Notes under the pieces: generated by a model
The model's input: only the letters and a program-made list of their open reading frames with translations
The model's database searches: none
What the model was told of the DNA's origin: nothing
In this document: positions 17,466 through 26,772 of the stretch, in pieces
How the letters are laid out: every line of letters begins with the position of its first letter
Position numbering within the stretch: position 1 is the stretch's first letter
From: Geotalea daltonii FRC-32
GTDB taxonomy: Bacteria; Desulfobacterota; Desulfuromonadia; Geobacterales; Geobacteraceae
Direction: 5' to 3'
Length of the DNA stretch: 32,000 nucleotides
Assembly (NCBI RefSeq): GCF_000022265.1
Contig: NC_011979.1
Location: 3,030,001 to 3,062,000 of the forward strand
Position numbers and translations under genes: made by a program

Positions 17466-18512
17466 CTATACCATTTCGACACATTCGGTTCCGGCATCGC
17501 ACTTGGCGATTTCACCGATTACAAAGGCAGTTTCGTTCAGACCGGAAAGCCTGATCAGGATCTCTTCCACTTCCTTTTCAGGGACGGAGAGAACCATGCC
17601 GATTCCGCAGTTGAAGGTTCTGAACATTTCCTGTTCTTCAATGTTACCGGCATTCTGGATCAGTTTAAATATTTCCGGAACCTGCCAGGTTGTTTTGTCG
17701 ACCACTGCCTTGCAACCATTCGGCAGTATTCTAGGTATGTTCTCCAGCAATCCACCGCCGGTTATGTGGGCAATACCGTGGATGGTGAAATCCCTAAGCA
17801 GGTTGAGTATGGATTTGACATAGATACGGGTTGGGGTGAGAAGCTCATCGGCAACGGATTTGTCAAGGCCGGGGATGGTGTCGTTGATACCGAGTCCCAT
17901 CACATCCATAATCACTTTACGGGCGAGGGAATAGCCGTTACTGTGCAGACCGCTGGAGGCAAGACCGATCAGTTTGTCGCCGACAGTGATGGACGAGCCG
18001 TCGATAATCTTGTCGCGCTCGACAACGCCCACGGTGAAGCCTGCCATATCATATTCATCACCTGCGTAGAATCCGGGCATTTCGGCAGTTTCGCCCCCTA
18101 TAAGGGCACAACCGGCTTGAAGACAGCCTTCTGCAACTCCCTTTATAATCGCAGCGCCTTTTCCGGGATACAGTTTGGCTGTGGCAAGGTAATCCAGGAA
18201 GAACAGCGGTTCTGCACCCTGAACGATGATATCGTTGACGCACATTGCCACGAGATCGATGCCGATGGTGTCGTGACGGTCGGCGAGAAAGGCTATTTTG
18301 AGTTTTGTCCCCACTCCATCCGTGCCCGATACGAGCACAGGGTTTTTGTATTTGCCGGAACTGAGGGAAAAGAGCCCGCCGAACCCACCGATATCGGCAA
18401 GGACTTCCGGTCTTGAGGTGGCCTTAACGAGTGGCTTGATCAATTTGACGAAGGTATTTCCGGCATCTATGTCTACACCGGCGTCTTTGTATGTAATCCT
18501 GGCTTTGCTCAA
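17466..18512 (-). CDS. purM: Phosphoribosylformylglycinamidine cyclo-ligase (AIR synthetase)
   Basis: It is colinear with E. coli PurM from [12 protein letters not shown] through [48 protein letters not shown] and TFNCGIGM. I place the start at TTG 18512, 6 nt after the SD sequence AGGGAGG. The 5' ORF extension has no PurM similarity. Confidence 0.95.
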   Translation of the reverse strand: MSKARITYKDAGVDIDAGNTFVKLIKPLVKATSRPEVLADIGGFGGLFSLSSGKYKNPVLVSGTDGVGTKLKIAFLADRHDTIGIDLVAMCVNDIIVQGAEPLFFLDYLATAKLYPGKGAAIIKGVAEGCLQAGCALIGGETAEMPGFYAGDEYDMAGFTVGVVERDKIIDGSSITVGDKLIGLASSGLHSNGYSLARKVIMDVMGLGINDTIPGLDKSVADELLTPTRIYVKSILNLLRDFTIHGIAHITGGGLLENIPRILPNGCKAVVDKTTWQVPEIFKLIQNAGNIEEQEMFRTFNCGIGMVLSVPEKEVEEILIRLSGLNETAFVIGEIAKCDAGTECVEMV

Positions 18513-18540
18513 AACATTCCTCCCTTTAAATGGAACGAAA

Positions 18541-18569
18541 AATCTAAACCATCGGAAGGTAAATGTCAA
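18541..18569 (-). promoter_or_regulatory. Candidate sigma-70 promoter for purM-purN
   Basis: On the minus strand the sequence reads TTGACA - 17 nt - TAGATT, about 30 nt upstream of the purM TTG start. This is a hexamer match only. Confidence 0.4.
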
Positions 18570-18594
18570 ATTCAAACTGGCCACCAAAAAAGGG

Positions 18595-18623
18595 TTTACA
18601 TTGAAACCCTCTTTGCTTATGAT
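18595..18623 (+). promoter_or_regulatory. Candidate sigma-70 promoter for rimI (divergent from the purM promoter)
   Basis: TTTACA - 17 nt - TATGAT, with the -10 hexamer ending 8 nt before the rimI ATG. This is a hexamer match only. Confidence 0.35.
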
Positions 18624-18631
18624 GCCCGTAG

Positions 18632-19087
18632 ATGGACAACCGGCTTGAAGAAATAACAATCTGCCCCATGTCTGAATCTGATCTTGATGGCGTTCTCGCC
18701 ATCGAGATCAATTCATTCCCCCGTCCCTGGACAAGGACTCATTTTCTTGCCGAGCTTGAAGCCCCGCACTCTTTTCCCCTGGTGGCACTGGACGCTGAGA
18801 ACAATGTCATGGGTTACATCTGTCCAATGCTTGTGCTGGACGAGGGGCACATTCTTGACGTTGCTGTACACAGCAATTACCGCGGCAAAGGGGTTGGCAG
18901 AATGCTGGTGGAAAGGGTGCTGTACGACTGCAGCGAAAAAGGTGCGGAATTCGTCTCCCTCGAAGTGAGGCTGTCCAATGAATCCGCCATAGGCCTCTAC
19001 CGGCAGCTCGGTTTCGTGGAAACCGGTCGCAGGAAAGCCTATTACGAGAACGGCGAGGATGCTCTACTGATGGAATATATTTATTAA
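18632..19087 (+). CDS. rimI: Ribosomal-protein-alanine N-acetyltransferase (GNAT family)
   Basis: 151 aa. The RimI-like N-terminus is [26 protein letters not shown]. The GNAT acetyl-CoA motif is [17 protein letters not shown], and the C-terminus is [16 protein letters not shown]. Confidence 0.85.
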   Translation: MDNRLEEITICPMSESDLDGVLAIEINSFPRPWTRTHFLAELEAPHSFPLVALDAENNVMGYICPMLVLDEGHILDVAVHSNYRGKGVGRMLVERVLYDCSEKGAEFVSLEVRLSNESAIGLYRQLGFVETGRRKAYYENGEDALLMEYIY

Positions 19088-19106
19088 CGGAAAAGGCAGG
19101 TCTTGC

Positions 19107-19922
19107 ATGCAATTCAAATCCATGGTCATATCAAATGTTGAAGTCTCCCCTGCTTATTTCAGGATGAGAATGACGGCTCCTCCGGCCATTGTCGAAGCCA
19201 TACCGGGCCAATTTGTCATGGTCAGGGTGCGCGACGCCATTGATCCCCTTCTCAGGAGGCCCTTCGGCATTTTCGACCTGGGTACCTTCCCGACGGAATA
19301 CACCGATTGCGGCAGACAGACCTTCTGTGAAATTCTTTACAAAGTTGTGGGCAAGGGAACGGAGATGCTTTCTTCCCTTCATCATGGCGATCATCTGGAC
19401 ATTCTTGCCCCACTGGGAAAGGGATTTGCTGTCGGCGATCCTGCAGACGAAAAGATTTTGGTCGGTGGCGGAGTCGGTCTTGCCCCCCTTTACTACCTGG
19501 CAAAGGAACTGGCAAAGAATTCCAGGGTCCGGCTTTTTGCAGGAGGAAGAAACAAGGAGGATATCCTCTGCATCACCGAATTTGAGCGGCTTGGGGTGGA
19601 GACGTATGTTTCCACCGATGACGGTACCTTGGGGGCGAGTGGCCTTGTCACCGAAGTTCTGGAAAAACACCTGGCAGAGGATACTGGCAGAAAAAGCCTT
19701 TTCGCTTGCGGGCCGTTTCCCATGCTTAAGGCTGTGGCCGGGATCGCCGGCCGTCATGACCTGGAGTGCCAGGTGTCTTTAGAGGCGTATATGGCATGTG
19801 GTGTAGGTGCCTGCCTGGGATGTGTCATAAAAGGCAAAAACCACTCCGATCAGACCCCTGATTTTCGCTGCGTGTGTAAGGATGGGCCGGTATTCTTTTA
19901 CCAGGACTTGAAGTGGGATTAA
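19107..19922 (+). CDS. pyrK: Dihydroorotate dehydrogenase (class 1B) electron-transfer subunit
   Basis: 271 aa. The FAD motif is RRPFGI and the NAD motif is GGGVGLAPL. The C-terminal 2Fe-2S cysteine cluster is MACGVGACLGCV....CVCKDGPVF. It lies immediately upstream of pyrD. Confidence 0.88.
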   Translation: MQFKSMVISNVEVSPAYFRMRMTAPPAIVEAIPGQFVMVRVRDAIDPLLRRPFGIFDLGTFPTEYTDCGRQTFCEILYKVVGKGTEMLSSLHHGDHLDILAPLGKGFAVGDPADEKILVGGGVGLAPLYYLAKELAKNSRVRLFAGGRNKEDILCITEFERLGVETYVSTDDGTLGASGLVTEVLEKHLAEDTGRKSLFACGPFPMLKAVAGIAGRHDLECQVSLEAYMACGVGACLGCVIKGKNHSDQTPDFRCVCKDGPVFFYQDLKWD

Positions 19923-19955
19923 AAAACTGCTGATGACTGTATCGAAGGAGATGTG

Positions 19956-20873
19956 ATGGCAAAACCCGACCTGTCGGTTGAAATTTCAGGCATCAAGCTG
20001 CGCAACCCGGTAATGACTGCATCAGGCACCTTTGGTTATGGGAAGGAGTTTTCCGACTACCTTGACCTGGAGAAGATCGGTGCCATCATCACCAAGGGTT
20101 TGTCCCTCCGCCCTAAAGCGGGTAATCCGACTCCGCGCATTGTTGAGACCCCTGGCGGTATGCTCAATGCCATCGGCCTGCAGAATGTCGGGATCGATGC
20201 TTTCATTGGGGAGAAACTGCCCTTTTTGCGCACCGTTGATACGCCGGTGATTGTCAATCTCTATGGCAATACCCTGGAAGAATACGGGGAACTGGCGGAG
20301 AAACTCGACAGGTTGCCGGAGGTTGCCGGGCTTGAGGTAAATATTTCCTGTCCCAACGTGAAGCAGGGAGGGATTGTTTTCGGAACCGATCCCAATGCCG
20401 CCGCCGAAGTGGTCGGGCTGGTTCGCAGATCCACCTCGAAACCACTGATCATAAAGCTTTCGCCAAATGTGACCGATGTTGTCCGCATGGCCGATGCATG
20501 CGTCAATGCGGGCGCCGATGCGTTGTCCCTGATAAACACTCTTACGGGGATGGCCATTGATCTGCAGAAGCGTCGCCCGATTCTTGCCAATATAACCGGG
20601 GGACTTTCCGGTCCTGCGATCAAACCGGTGGCATTAAGGATGGTCTGGCAGGTATCGCAGGCTATGGCTGTTCCCATCATCGGCATCGGTGGTATAATGT
20701 CGGCAACGGATGCCCTTGAATTCATGCTTGCCGGAGCGACTGCAGTCCAGGTGGGCACGGCAAATTTTCTTGATCCCTCGGCAGCCCAGACCATTGCTGC
20801 CGGCATCGAAGATTACCTGGCAAAGAACGGTATTTCAGACGTCAAGGAGTTGATCGGAGCTTTGAAAATCTGA
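19956..20873 (+). CDS. pyrD: Dihydroorotate dehydrogenase class 1B catalytic subunit
   Basis: Motifs [26 protein letters not shown] (active-site Cys), [10 protein letters not shown] and GIGGI are present. The ATG at 19956 (GTG at 19953 is also possible) is preceded by the SD sequence GAAGGAG. Confidence 0.93.
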   Translation: MAKPDLSVEISGIKLRNPVMTASGTFGYGKEFSDYLDLEKIGAIITKGLSLRPKAGNPTPRIVETPGGMLNAIGLQNVGIDAFIGEKLPFLRTVDTPVIVNLYGNTLEEYGELAEKLDRLPEVAGLEVNISCPNVKQGGIVFGTDPNAAAEVVGLVRRSTSKPLIIKLSPNVTDVVRMADACVNAGADALSLINTLTGMAIDLQKRRPILANITGGLSGPAIKPVALRMVWQVSQAMAVPIIGIGGIMSATDALEFMLAGATAVQVGTANFLDPSAAQTIAAGIEDYLAKNGISDVKELIGALKI

Positions 20874-20896
20874 CCTCATCTAGAGCAGGATACCCG

Positions 20897-20927
20897 AAAG
20901 GCGGAGAATGATTTCCCCGCCTTTTTT
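20897..20927 (+). terminator. Rho-independent terminator after pyrD
   Basis: AAAGGCGGAG-aatgattt-CCCCGCCTTTTTT: a 6-bp GC-rich stem with one mismatch, followed by a T6 run. The first ATG of the downstream ORF (20908) sits in the loop. Confidence 0.6.
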
Positions 20928-20946
20928 CTTTTCAAGGAATAAACGC

Positions 20947-21990
20947 ATGAACCGTTGGCAAAAAAATCTGAAAACCTGTGTTACCGCACCGGATGAATTG
21001 TCACCACTTTTCAATCTGGATACTGAGGACATCGCACAGGTGGCGAAACGCTATCCCATGAGGATAACACGCTATTACCTGGGGTTGATAGAGAGGCCCG
21101 GCGACGCCATCTGGCGCCAATGTATACCGGACCCCCTTGAATTTGAGGATCAAGCCCAGATGGAAGACCCCCTCGATGAAGAACTGCTCAGCCCGGTACC
21201 CGGATTGATACATCGTTATCCGGATCGTGTTGTGTGGCTAGTTTCCTCTGTCTGTGCAGTTTATTGCCGTTTCTGCATGCGCAAACGGCGGGTTGGGTGT
21301 ACAGAAGCCACAGAAACCGGCACGCGGCAGGCGGTACTTGCATATATAGCCAATCATCCGGAAATCAGGGATGTAATATTGTCCGGAGGGGATCCGTTTC
21401 TCCTGGAGGACGATGTCCTGGAGGAAATACTGTCTGGCCTGAGACAGATTCACCATGTGGAGATCATCAGGATCGGCACGAGAACAACGGTTACCTTGCC
21501 GGAAAGGATTACCACCGGTCTCTGCCGAATGCTGAAAAAATTTCATCCGATTTATGTAAATACCCATTTCAACCACCCAAAAGAGATCACCGCCGCATCA
21601 GCTCGGGCATGTGCCAGGCTTGCCGATGCCGGTATCCCACTGGGGAACCAGACCGTGCTTCTGAAGGGAATCAATGACGACCCACAGGTGATGAAGCGGC
21701 TCATGCAGCTTTTGCTGAAAATCAGGGTCAAGCCTTACTATCTCCATCAGATGGATCTGGTCAGAGGAACGGCGCACTTCCGAACAAGCATAGACCGGGG
21801 CCTACAGATTATGGAAGGGCTTCGGGGACATACTTCGGGGCTTGCATCGCCATATTATGCAATAGACCTGGAGGGAGGGAAGGGGAAAGTGCCGCTTTTG
21901 CCGGAATATGTAAGGCGGGATGATGACAGTCTCCTGATCAGGAGTTATCGAGGTGAAGTGGTTAGGTACCGGGACGTGGAAAAATCATAG
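20947..21990 (+). CDS. epmB: Radical-SAM lysine 2,3-aminomutase family protein, EF-P beta-lysylation type (EpmB/YjeK-like)
   Basis: The radical-SAM motif is CAVYCRFCMRKRR, followed by DVILSGGDPF. At about 347 aa it matches EpmB rather than the ~416-aa catabolic KamA, and it neighbours epmA and efp. I place the start at ATG 20947 (SD sequence AAGGAA), because 20908 lies inside the pyrD terminator. Confidence 0.8.
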   Translation: MNRWQKNLKTCVTAPDELSPLFNLDTEDIAQVAKRYPMRITRYYLGLIERPGDAIWRQCIPDPLEFEDQAQMEDPLDEELLSPVPGLIHRYPDRVVWLVSSVCAVYCRFCMRKRRVGCTEATETGTRQAVLAYIANHPEIRDVILSGGDPFLLEDDVLEEILSGLRQIHHVEIIRIGTRTTVTLPERITTGLCRMLKKFHPIYVNTHFNHPKEITAASARACARLADAGIPLGNQTVLLKGINDDPQVMKRLMQLLLKIRVKPYYLHQMDLVRGTAHFRTSIDRGLQIMEGLRGHTSGLASPYYAIDLEGGKGKVPLLPEYVRRDDDSLLIRSYRGEVVRYRDVEKS

Positions 21991-22908
21991 GTCCTCGGGG
22001 GTAAAAGACACTACTCCGTCGATTTCCTGAACGTCGAGAAGAAGCATGACAAGCCTGTCAACACCCAGTGCGATGCCGGCGGCCGGCCCCATCCCAGACA
22101 ATTCATCAAGAAATCTGTCCGGCAACGGATAGGCCGTTTTACCCATTGAAGCCCTGAATTCGCCTTCTTTTGCGAACCTTTCCCTTTGTTCCTGGCTGTC
22201 GTTCAGCTCGGAAAAGCCGTTTGCCAGCTCGATTCCTCCCATATACAGCTCAAAGCGCTCTGCCAGTTTCCCGTTTTCCTTTTTCAGGCGGGCAAGAGCT
22301 CCTCGTGCAGCCGGGTAATCATAGATAAAAGTAGGGCGGTTAATACCAAGATTAGGTTCTATATCGTTAACCATCAGTTCATCGAAAAGGTCTTTTTCCT
22401 CAGCTTCTTCCACAGACATGGCAGTATAACGGAGAAAAGCCTCCTCAACGGTAATCTTTTCCCAGGGAGCTTCCAGTTCAATGGTCTTGCCCAGATAGGA
22501 TATGCCGGCGTTTTTGTGTATAGCACATGATAGAAACCGCACCAAGGCCTCGCAGTCATCCATCAGATCACGGTAGTCGGACTCGAGTCTGTACCACTCC
22601 AGCATGGTAAACTCAGGAAGGTGCCGTTTCCCGCGTTCTCCGTCTCTCCAGCAACGGCATATCTGGAAGATGCGCTCGTAACCCGCAGCCAGCATCCGCT
22701 TCATGCAAAGCTCCGGAGATGTCTGGAGAAACCAGTTTCCTGAAGGAACGGCATCGATATGGGATTCGGGCGCAGGAGCTGGAATGCGAAGGGGGGTATC
22801 CACTTCAAGATACCCCCCTTCGTTAAAAAACTGCCTGATTTTCTGAATTATAAGACTTCTGCCCTTGAGTGCTTCTTTACGATTGGCCAAGGACCTGTTT
22901 TGCACCAT
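21985..22908 (-). CDS. epmA: Elongation factor P--(R)-beta-lysine ligase (truncated LysRS paralog, GenX/PoxA)
   Basis: 307 aa. The class II aaRS core has no anticodon-binding domain: YLEVDTPL, IFQICRCWRDGERGKRHLPEFTMLEWY and GIALGVDRLVMLL. It lies immediately upstream of efp on the same strand. Confidence 0.85.
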   Translation of the reverse strand: MVQNRSLANRKEALKGRSLIIQKIRQFFNEGGYLEVDTPLRIPAPAPESHIDAVPSGNWFLQTSPELCMKRMLAAGYERIFQICRCWRDGERGKRHLPEFTMLEWYRLESDYRDLMDDCEALVRFLSCAIHKNAGISYLGKTIELEAPWEKITVEEAFLRYTAMSVEEAEEKDLFDELMVNDIEPNLGINRPTFIYDYPAARGALARLKKENGKLAERFELYMGGIELANGFSELNDSQEQRERFAKEGEFRASMGKTAYPLPDRFLDELSGMGPAAGIALGVDRLVMLLLDVQEIDGVVSFTPEDL

Positions 22909-22912
22909 CCAG

Positions 22913-23476
22913 TTATCCTTTTACCCTGGTCGAGTACTCTCCGGTGCGGGTATCTATGGTTATAAGCTCCCCTTCTTCGATGAAGGGGGGAACACGCAAG
23001 GTATAACCGGTCTCTACCGTTGCCGGTTTGGAATCACTGCCAGAGGTGTCTCCTTTGGCCCATGGATCTGTCTGAACAACACGCAGATTGACAAAATTGG
23101 GAACATCGACACCAATCGCCTTGTCCTTAAAAAGAAGTACATCGACCGGGAGATTGTCGATCAGGTAATTTTTAGCATCTCCGAGAGCGTTCTCATCCAC
23201 ATGGAACTGTTCGAAGGATTGATTATCCATAAAGCAGTAATGATCATCTTCCTTGTAGAGGTATTGCATCTTGCGGTCTTCAAGGCTGGCAGGTTCGAAG
23301 GTTTCACCGGAACGATATGTTCTGTCAAGTATAGTGCCGTTAATCATATTGCGCATTTTTGTACGATAAAGGGCTTGTCCCTTGCCGGGTTTGGCAAAAT
23401 CGAACGCGATGACGATATATGGATCGCCGTCGAGGGTAATTTTCAATCCTTTTCTCAGGTCCGCGACTGTGTACAT
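22913..23476 (-). CDS. efp: Translation elongation factor P
   Basis: 187 aa. MYTVADLRKGLKITLDGDPYIVIAFDFAKPGKGQALYRTKMRN carries the conserved modified-lysine loop KPGKGQA (Lys32 here). The SD sequence is GAGGAAG. Confidence 0.95.
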   Translation of the reverse strand: MYTVADLRKGLKITLDGDPYIVIAFDFAKPGKGQALYRTKMRNMINGTILDRTYRSGETFEPASLEDRKMQYLYKEDDHYCFMDNQSFEQFHVDENALGDAKNYLIDNLPVDVLLFKDKAIGVDVPNFVNLRVVQTDPWAKGDTSGSDSKPATVETGYTLRVPPFIEEGELITIDTRTGEYSTRVKG

Positions 23477-23587
23477 TTTTGCTTCCTCTATTCCAATTTA
23501 AATGGAGTTTCGCCTTACAAAGGCAACTTATGACCGGCACGTTATAACGCAGAGGTTATTTAAAGATGATTCGATTTTGATGGTGGG

Positions 23588-23806
23588 TTATTTTGCTCGA
23601 TAGGTTATACGGCCCCTGCTCAAATCATATGGGGATAGTTCGACGGTAACCTTGTCGCCGGGAAGGATCTTGATGAAATACTTGCGCATTTTGCCGGAAA
23701 TATGGGCGAGGACGATATGGTCGTTTTCCAATTTCACTTTGAACATTGCATTTGGCAGTGGTTCAATGACAGTTCCTTCAACTTCTATGGCTTCTTCTTT
23801 ACTCAT
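23588..23806 (-). CDS. infA: Translation initiation factor IF-1
   Basis: The 72-aa sequence [72 protein letters not shown] is a near-canonical IF-1 S1-fold sequence. Confidence 0.97.
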   Translation of the reverse strand: MSKEEAIEVEGTVIEPLPNAMFKVKLENDHIVLAHISGKMRKYFIKILPGDKVTVELSPYDLSRGRITYRAK

Positions 23807-23839
23807 CTCAGCTCCTTAAGATCCCGTTTTCAACCGCAA

Positions 23840-23868
23840 ATTATACGAGATGCCGCAACCAATTGCAA
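23840..23868 (-). promoter_or_regulatory. Candidate sigma-70 promoter for infA
   Basis: On the minus strand the sequence reads TTGCAA - 17 nt - TATAAT (perfect -10), about 30 nt upstream of the infA ATG. Confidence 0.45.
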
Positions 23869-23987
23869 CCATTGTTTTCTTTTTCATGTCAACCCGCCAC
23901 GACAAGCTCTGCGATAAATGCCTTTACAAAACAATAAAAACCATATTATTAGTAACTTACACATAATTATAAAAGGGACGTACTTGC

Positions 23988-24392
23988 ATGCACAACTGTT
24001 GTCAGGAGAAGCTTTTCCAGAATGAAACCTTGAGCATCACCTGTCGAGACCTTTCGCATCGATATTTTGGAGATTTTCATGTGGTTTCTCTTGAAATTAA
24101 ATGCGAAATGGATATACTGCCTCGTCATTTTAAAAACGTATCTATTCCCGAAGAAATCAAGTCCGCCATCGGCGAAAAAATTACTATCCTCAGGAAAATA
24201 CAGCAAATGGGGGTTCCCTCGGCACGAGTAAACCAGGTGAAAGATGAAATTATTCACAACTTCAAACGAAATTCACTTCCCTATTTTACCTCGTCTTCCT
24301 TCCCTGCAAAGGCCATATTGTCTGAAATTCGTAAATCGAGAAAATCCGATCATATTTCTGCTGCAACCATTGAATTTCTATGCGCCAAGTAG
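23988..24392 (+). CDS. Hypothetical protein (AT-rich orphan ORF)
   Basis: The 134-aa ORF is the only long frame in a 0.57-kb gap between infA and rlmD. An AT-rich promoter-like region and the weak SD sequence AAGGGA lie upstream. Its 3' end overlaps the rlmD start by 13 nt. I recognise no family or motif. Confidence 0.5.
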   Translation: MHNCCQEKLFQNETLSITCRDLSHRYFGDFHVVSLEIKCEMDILPRHFKNVSIPEEIKSAIGEKITILRKIQQMGVPSARVNQVKDEIIHNFKRNSLPYFTSSSFPAKAILSEIRKSRKSDHISAATIEFLCAK

Positions 24393-25693
24393 AAGTCGCC
24401 ATTGAAAAGCTCGCCAATGGCGGTGCCGGCTTCGGCCGTTGTGACGGGAAGGCCTTCTTTGTACCCTTTACGGCTCCCGGGGATGTTGCCCGCGTTCGCA
24501 TCACCTGTGAAAAAAAGTCCTATGCCGAGGGCGAACTGATCGAACTGGTAAGTTCTTCTGCACTAAGGGTAAAACCACCGTGCCCTGTCTTCGGCATATG
24601 CGGCGGATGCAACTGGCAGCATGTGGAGTATTCAAGCCAGATCATGGAAAAAACCCTGATATTTGCCGACCTGTTATGGCGGGCGGCGCGTATTTCGCCG
24701 GAAACCGTTTTGCCGCTTTTGCGGGCGCCAGAACCCTATGGATACAGGTCGAGGGTGCAGTTAAAGGTAAATTACCAGGGAGGGAAGACCCGCTTGGGTT
24801 TTTACCGGCCGAAATCCCATCAAGTGGTAGATATTCCAGGACATTGCGCCATTACCCACAAAAGCATCAATGATACTCTGGAAAGTCTGCGCTTGCTAAT
24901 GGAAGGGTGTCCTGATCCAGGTAACATAAGCCAGATCGACATAGCCAGGGGGGATGACGAAAGCATCAGTGTCATTGTCAACCATGCAGGTGCTTCTGTC
25001 GCTGAAGTCTCGGAGTATCTCCTGCAGCACAGGGAAATCTCTGACTTGATCGGTTCCATGTTTATCAGACATAAAAACAGCACAACCAGTATTTTCGGCG
25101 CTGAGCATCTTTCGTACAGAATCAGTGGAAATACGCTGCCAGGTGGGTCTGAAAAGACGCTATTCTTCAGCAAAGATGCATTTTCTCAGATAAATTACCA
25201 ACAAAATATGCAGTTGATTCGTGTCGTCTCGGATTTCGCCGCCCTGACCGGCAAGGAAAAGGTTCTCGATCTTTATTGCGGTAATGGTAACTTTTCCATA
25301 CCTCTGGCTGATAAGGCAGCACACGTAACGGGTTTTGAAGGATATGAGCCTTCCATTGCCGATGCCAGAAAGAATGCTGAGTGGAATGGTGTGACGAATA
25401 TTTCCTTTCATTGCAGCGATTCAGCGGCCGCTGTCAAAAAACTTGCTGCCGCCAGAGAGACTTTTGATGTGGTTGTGCTTGATCCCCCTAGAAATGGTGC
25501 AGCAGAAGTGATGCACCACATCCAGGCACTCAATGCCGACAGAATTATCTACGTTTCATGCGATCCGGCGACCCTCGCCCGTGATTTGGGTATTTTGAAA
25601 AAAAACGGTTTCCAGGTGATAAATATCCAGGGTGTCGACATGTTTCCCCAGACATACCACTTGGAAAGTGTCACACTACTGACAAAAAGTTGA
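24380..25693 (+). CDS. rlmD: 23S rRNA (uracil-C5)-methyltransferase, RumA/RlmD family (TRAM + 4Fe-4S + SAM MTase)
   Basis: 437 aa. The TRAM-like N-terminus is VAIEKLANGGAGFGRCDGKAFFVPFTAPGDVARVRI. The Fe-S cysteines are CPVFGICGGCNWQH plus HCAITH. The SAM motif is VLDLYCGNGNFSIPLA, followed by VVLDPPRNG and the catalytic YVSCDPATLARD. Confidence 0.88.
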   Translation: MRQVEVAIEKLANGGAGFGRCDGKAFFVPFTAPGDVARVRITCEKKSYAEGELIELVSSSALRVKPPCPVFGICGGCNWQHVEYSSQIMEKTLIFADLLWRAARISPETVLPLLRAPEPYGYRSRVQLKVNYQGGKTRLGFYRPKSHQVVDIPGHCAITHKSINDTLESLRLLMEGCPDPGNISQIDIARGDDESISVIVNHAGASVAEVSEYLLQHREISDLIGSMFIRHKNSTTSIFGAEHLSYRISGNTLPGGSEKTLFFSKDAFSQINYQQNMQLIRVVSDFAALTGKEKVLDLYCGNGNFSIPLADKAAHVTGFEGYEPSIADARKNAEWNGVTNISFHCSDSAAAVKKLAAARETFDVVVLDPPRNGAAEVMHHIQALNADRIIYVSCDPATLARDLGILKKNGFQVINIQGVDMFPQTYHLESVTLLTKS

Positions 25694-25709
25694 CCAGAAC
25701 GGGAGATAT

Positions 25710-26735
25710 ATGTTCAGTCTTTTCAAAAAGGATTATCGGCATCATCTGGCAAAAGGGGAGAAGTATTTACAACAGGGACGGTATGTGGACGCAAAATTTT
25801 CCTTCCATAAGGCGTTGGAAACAGTGGATAAGTCCAGCGGCGAAGGAAAAAGTAACGAGGCCTGGTTGCTGACAAAATTGTCAGACATTAATAACGCCCT
25901 AGCCGCGATGAATCTCAAGGAAGCAGAGTATGCAGTAAATTGCGGGAATCGTGGAAAAGCTGACGAACATCTGCAGATCGTCATGGAACTGGCAGAAGAC
26001 GTAACCCTTAGGGAAAAGGCTGAAAAACTGTCGGCTAATTTAGTTAGCCGAAATGATATTCATAACTTAAGCAATAATAATAATGCCTGTTCCAGCTGCA
26101 AAGGGTCTCATGTTCAAACAGCTGAAAGCATGGCAAGCAGCTTTCATGCTGATTCACATCTATCCATGGAGGAGAAATTCGATCTCCTGACCAGCACGTT
26201 ACCTGCGCCTCTTCCTGAACGTTACGCCTCTTTGGGAAAGGAATTTGCATACTGCTACCTGTCCATTAATGACGGAGAAGATGACAAAGCATTGCCGATA
26301 CTGGAACAACTTCTGCATCATACTGAAGATGATATCCTGTATTATGAGCTAGCCTTAATAAAGTTCAGGCAGAATGATTTCACCAGCTGTGAACAATATC
26401 TGAAAAGAGCCATTGCAATAAACTCGCAAAACCCGTTATGCTATCTGGCACTTGTTCAACTGAAGATCGAGTCTGGTAGCTTTGCCGATGCCATACCTCT
26501 GTTGGAACATATGATAATGTCCAACCTTCTTTCAGGACAGGCACAGATCATTCTCGGTGATGTCTATGCCATGCTCGGTGAAGATGTAAAAGCTTCCGAA
26601 ATTTTTTCTGTGGCACTATCCTTGCCCGGTATCTCACGTGAGGCAGCCGAAAGGCTGGTGCCTTTACTCTTAAAGCAGGACAGGGTGCCAGAAGCCGAAT
26701 ACATCAAAAAACAATTTCTTAAGAAATGCTGTTGA
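25710..26735 (+). CDS. TPR-repeat protein
   Basis: 341 aa. The repeated helical-hairpin TPR-like pattern includes YELALIKFRQNDFTSCEQYLKRAIAINSQNP, CYLALVQLKIESGSFADAIPLLEHMI and IILGDVYAMLGEDVKASEIFSVAL. An Asn-rich / CSSC linker lies mid-protein. Confidence 0.7.
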   Translation: MFSLFKKDYRHHLAKGEKYLQQGRYVDAKFSFHKALETVDKSSGEGKSNEAWLLTKLSDINNALAAMNLKEAEYAVNCGNRGKADEHLQIVMELAEDVTLREKAEKLSANLVSRNDIHNLSNNNNACSSCKGSHVQTAESMASSFHADSHLSMEEKFDLLTSTLPAPLPERYASLGKEFAYCYLSINDGEDDKALPILEQLLHHTEDDILYYELALIKFRQNDFTSCEQYLKRAIAINSQNPLCYLALVQLKIESGSFADAIPLLEHMIMSNLLSGQAQIILGDVYAMLGEDVKASEIFSVALSLPGISREAAERLVPLLLKQDRVPEAEYIKKQFLKKCC

Positions 26736-26772
26736 ATATTTTGTTACATCAATTCTGGTGGAGGCTGTGAAT

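Noticed and set aside
17457-18416. 319-aa plus-strand ORF opposite purM.
   Set aside because: purM on the minus strand is colinear with E. coli PurM along its whole length, so the plus-strand frame is a shadow.
18586-18610. Terminator-like hairpin on the minus strand (AGGGTTT-caatgt-AAACCCT followed by TTTTT) upstream of purM. I first considered it an attenuator or riboswitch expression platform.
   Set aside because: The best purM promoter match (TTGACA-17-TAGATT) lies downstream of the hairpin, so the hairpin would not be in the purM leader. The stem is only 7 bp with 3 GC pairs, and it overlaps the candidate rimI promoter spacer. It is probably fortuitous.
18513-18659. 49-codon N-terminal extension of the purM ORF in the supplied track.
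   Set aside because: The extension has no PurM similarity and would run through the divergent promoter region into rimI. A TTG start at 18512, 6 nt after AGGGAGG, gives a protein starting where E. coli PurM starts.
20908-20946. First ATG of the epmB ORF in the track.
   Set aside because: This ATG sits in the loop of the pyrD terminator hairpin. ATG 20947 has an AAGGAA SD sequence and gives a normal EpmB length.
20947-21990. Annotation as catabolic lysine 2,3-aminomutase (KamA) for lysine fermentation.
   Set aside because: The length (~347 aa versus ~416 aa for KamA, from memory) and the adjacency to epmA-efp favour the EF-P-modifying EpmB role. No other lysine-fermentation genes are nearby.
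22865-23533. 222-aa plus-strand ORF opposite efp.
   Set aside because: efp is unambiguous on the minus strand, and the plus-strand frame has no motif.
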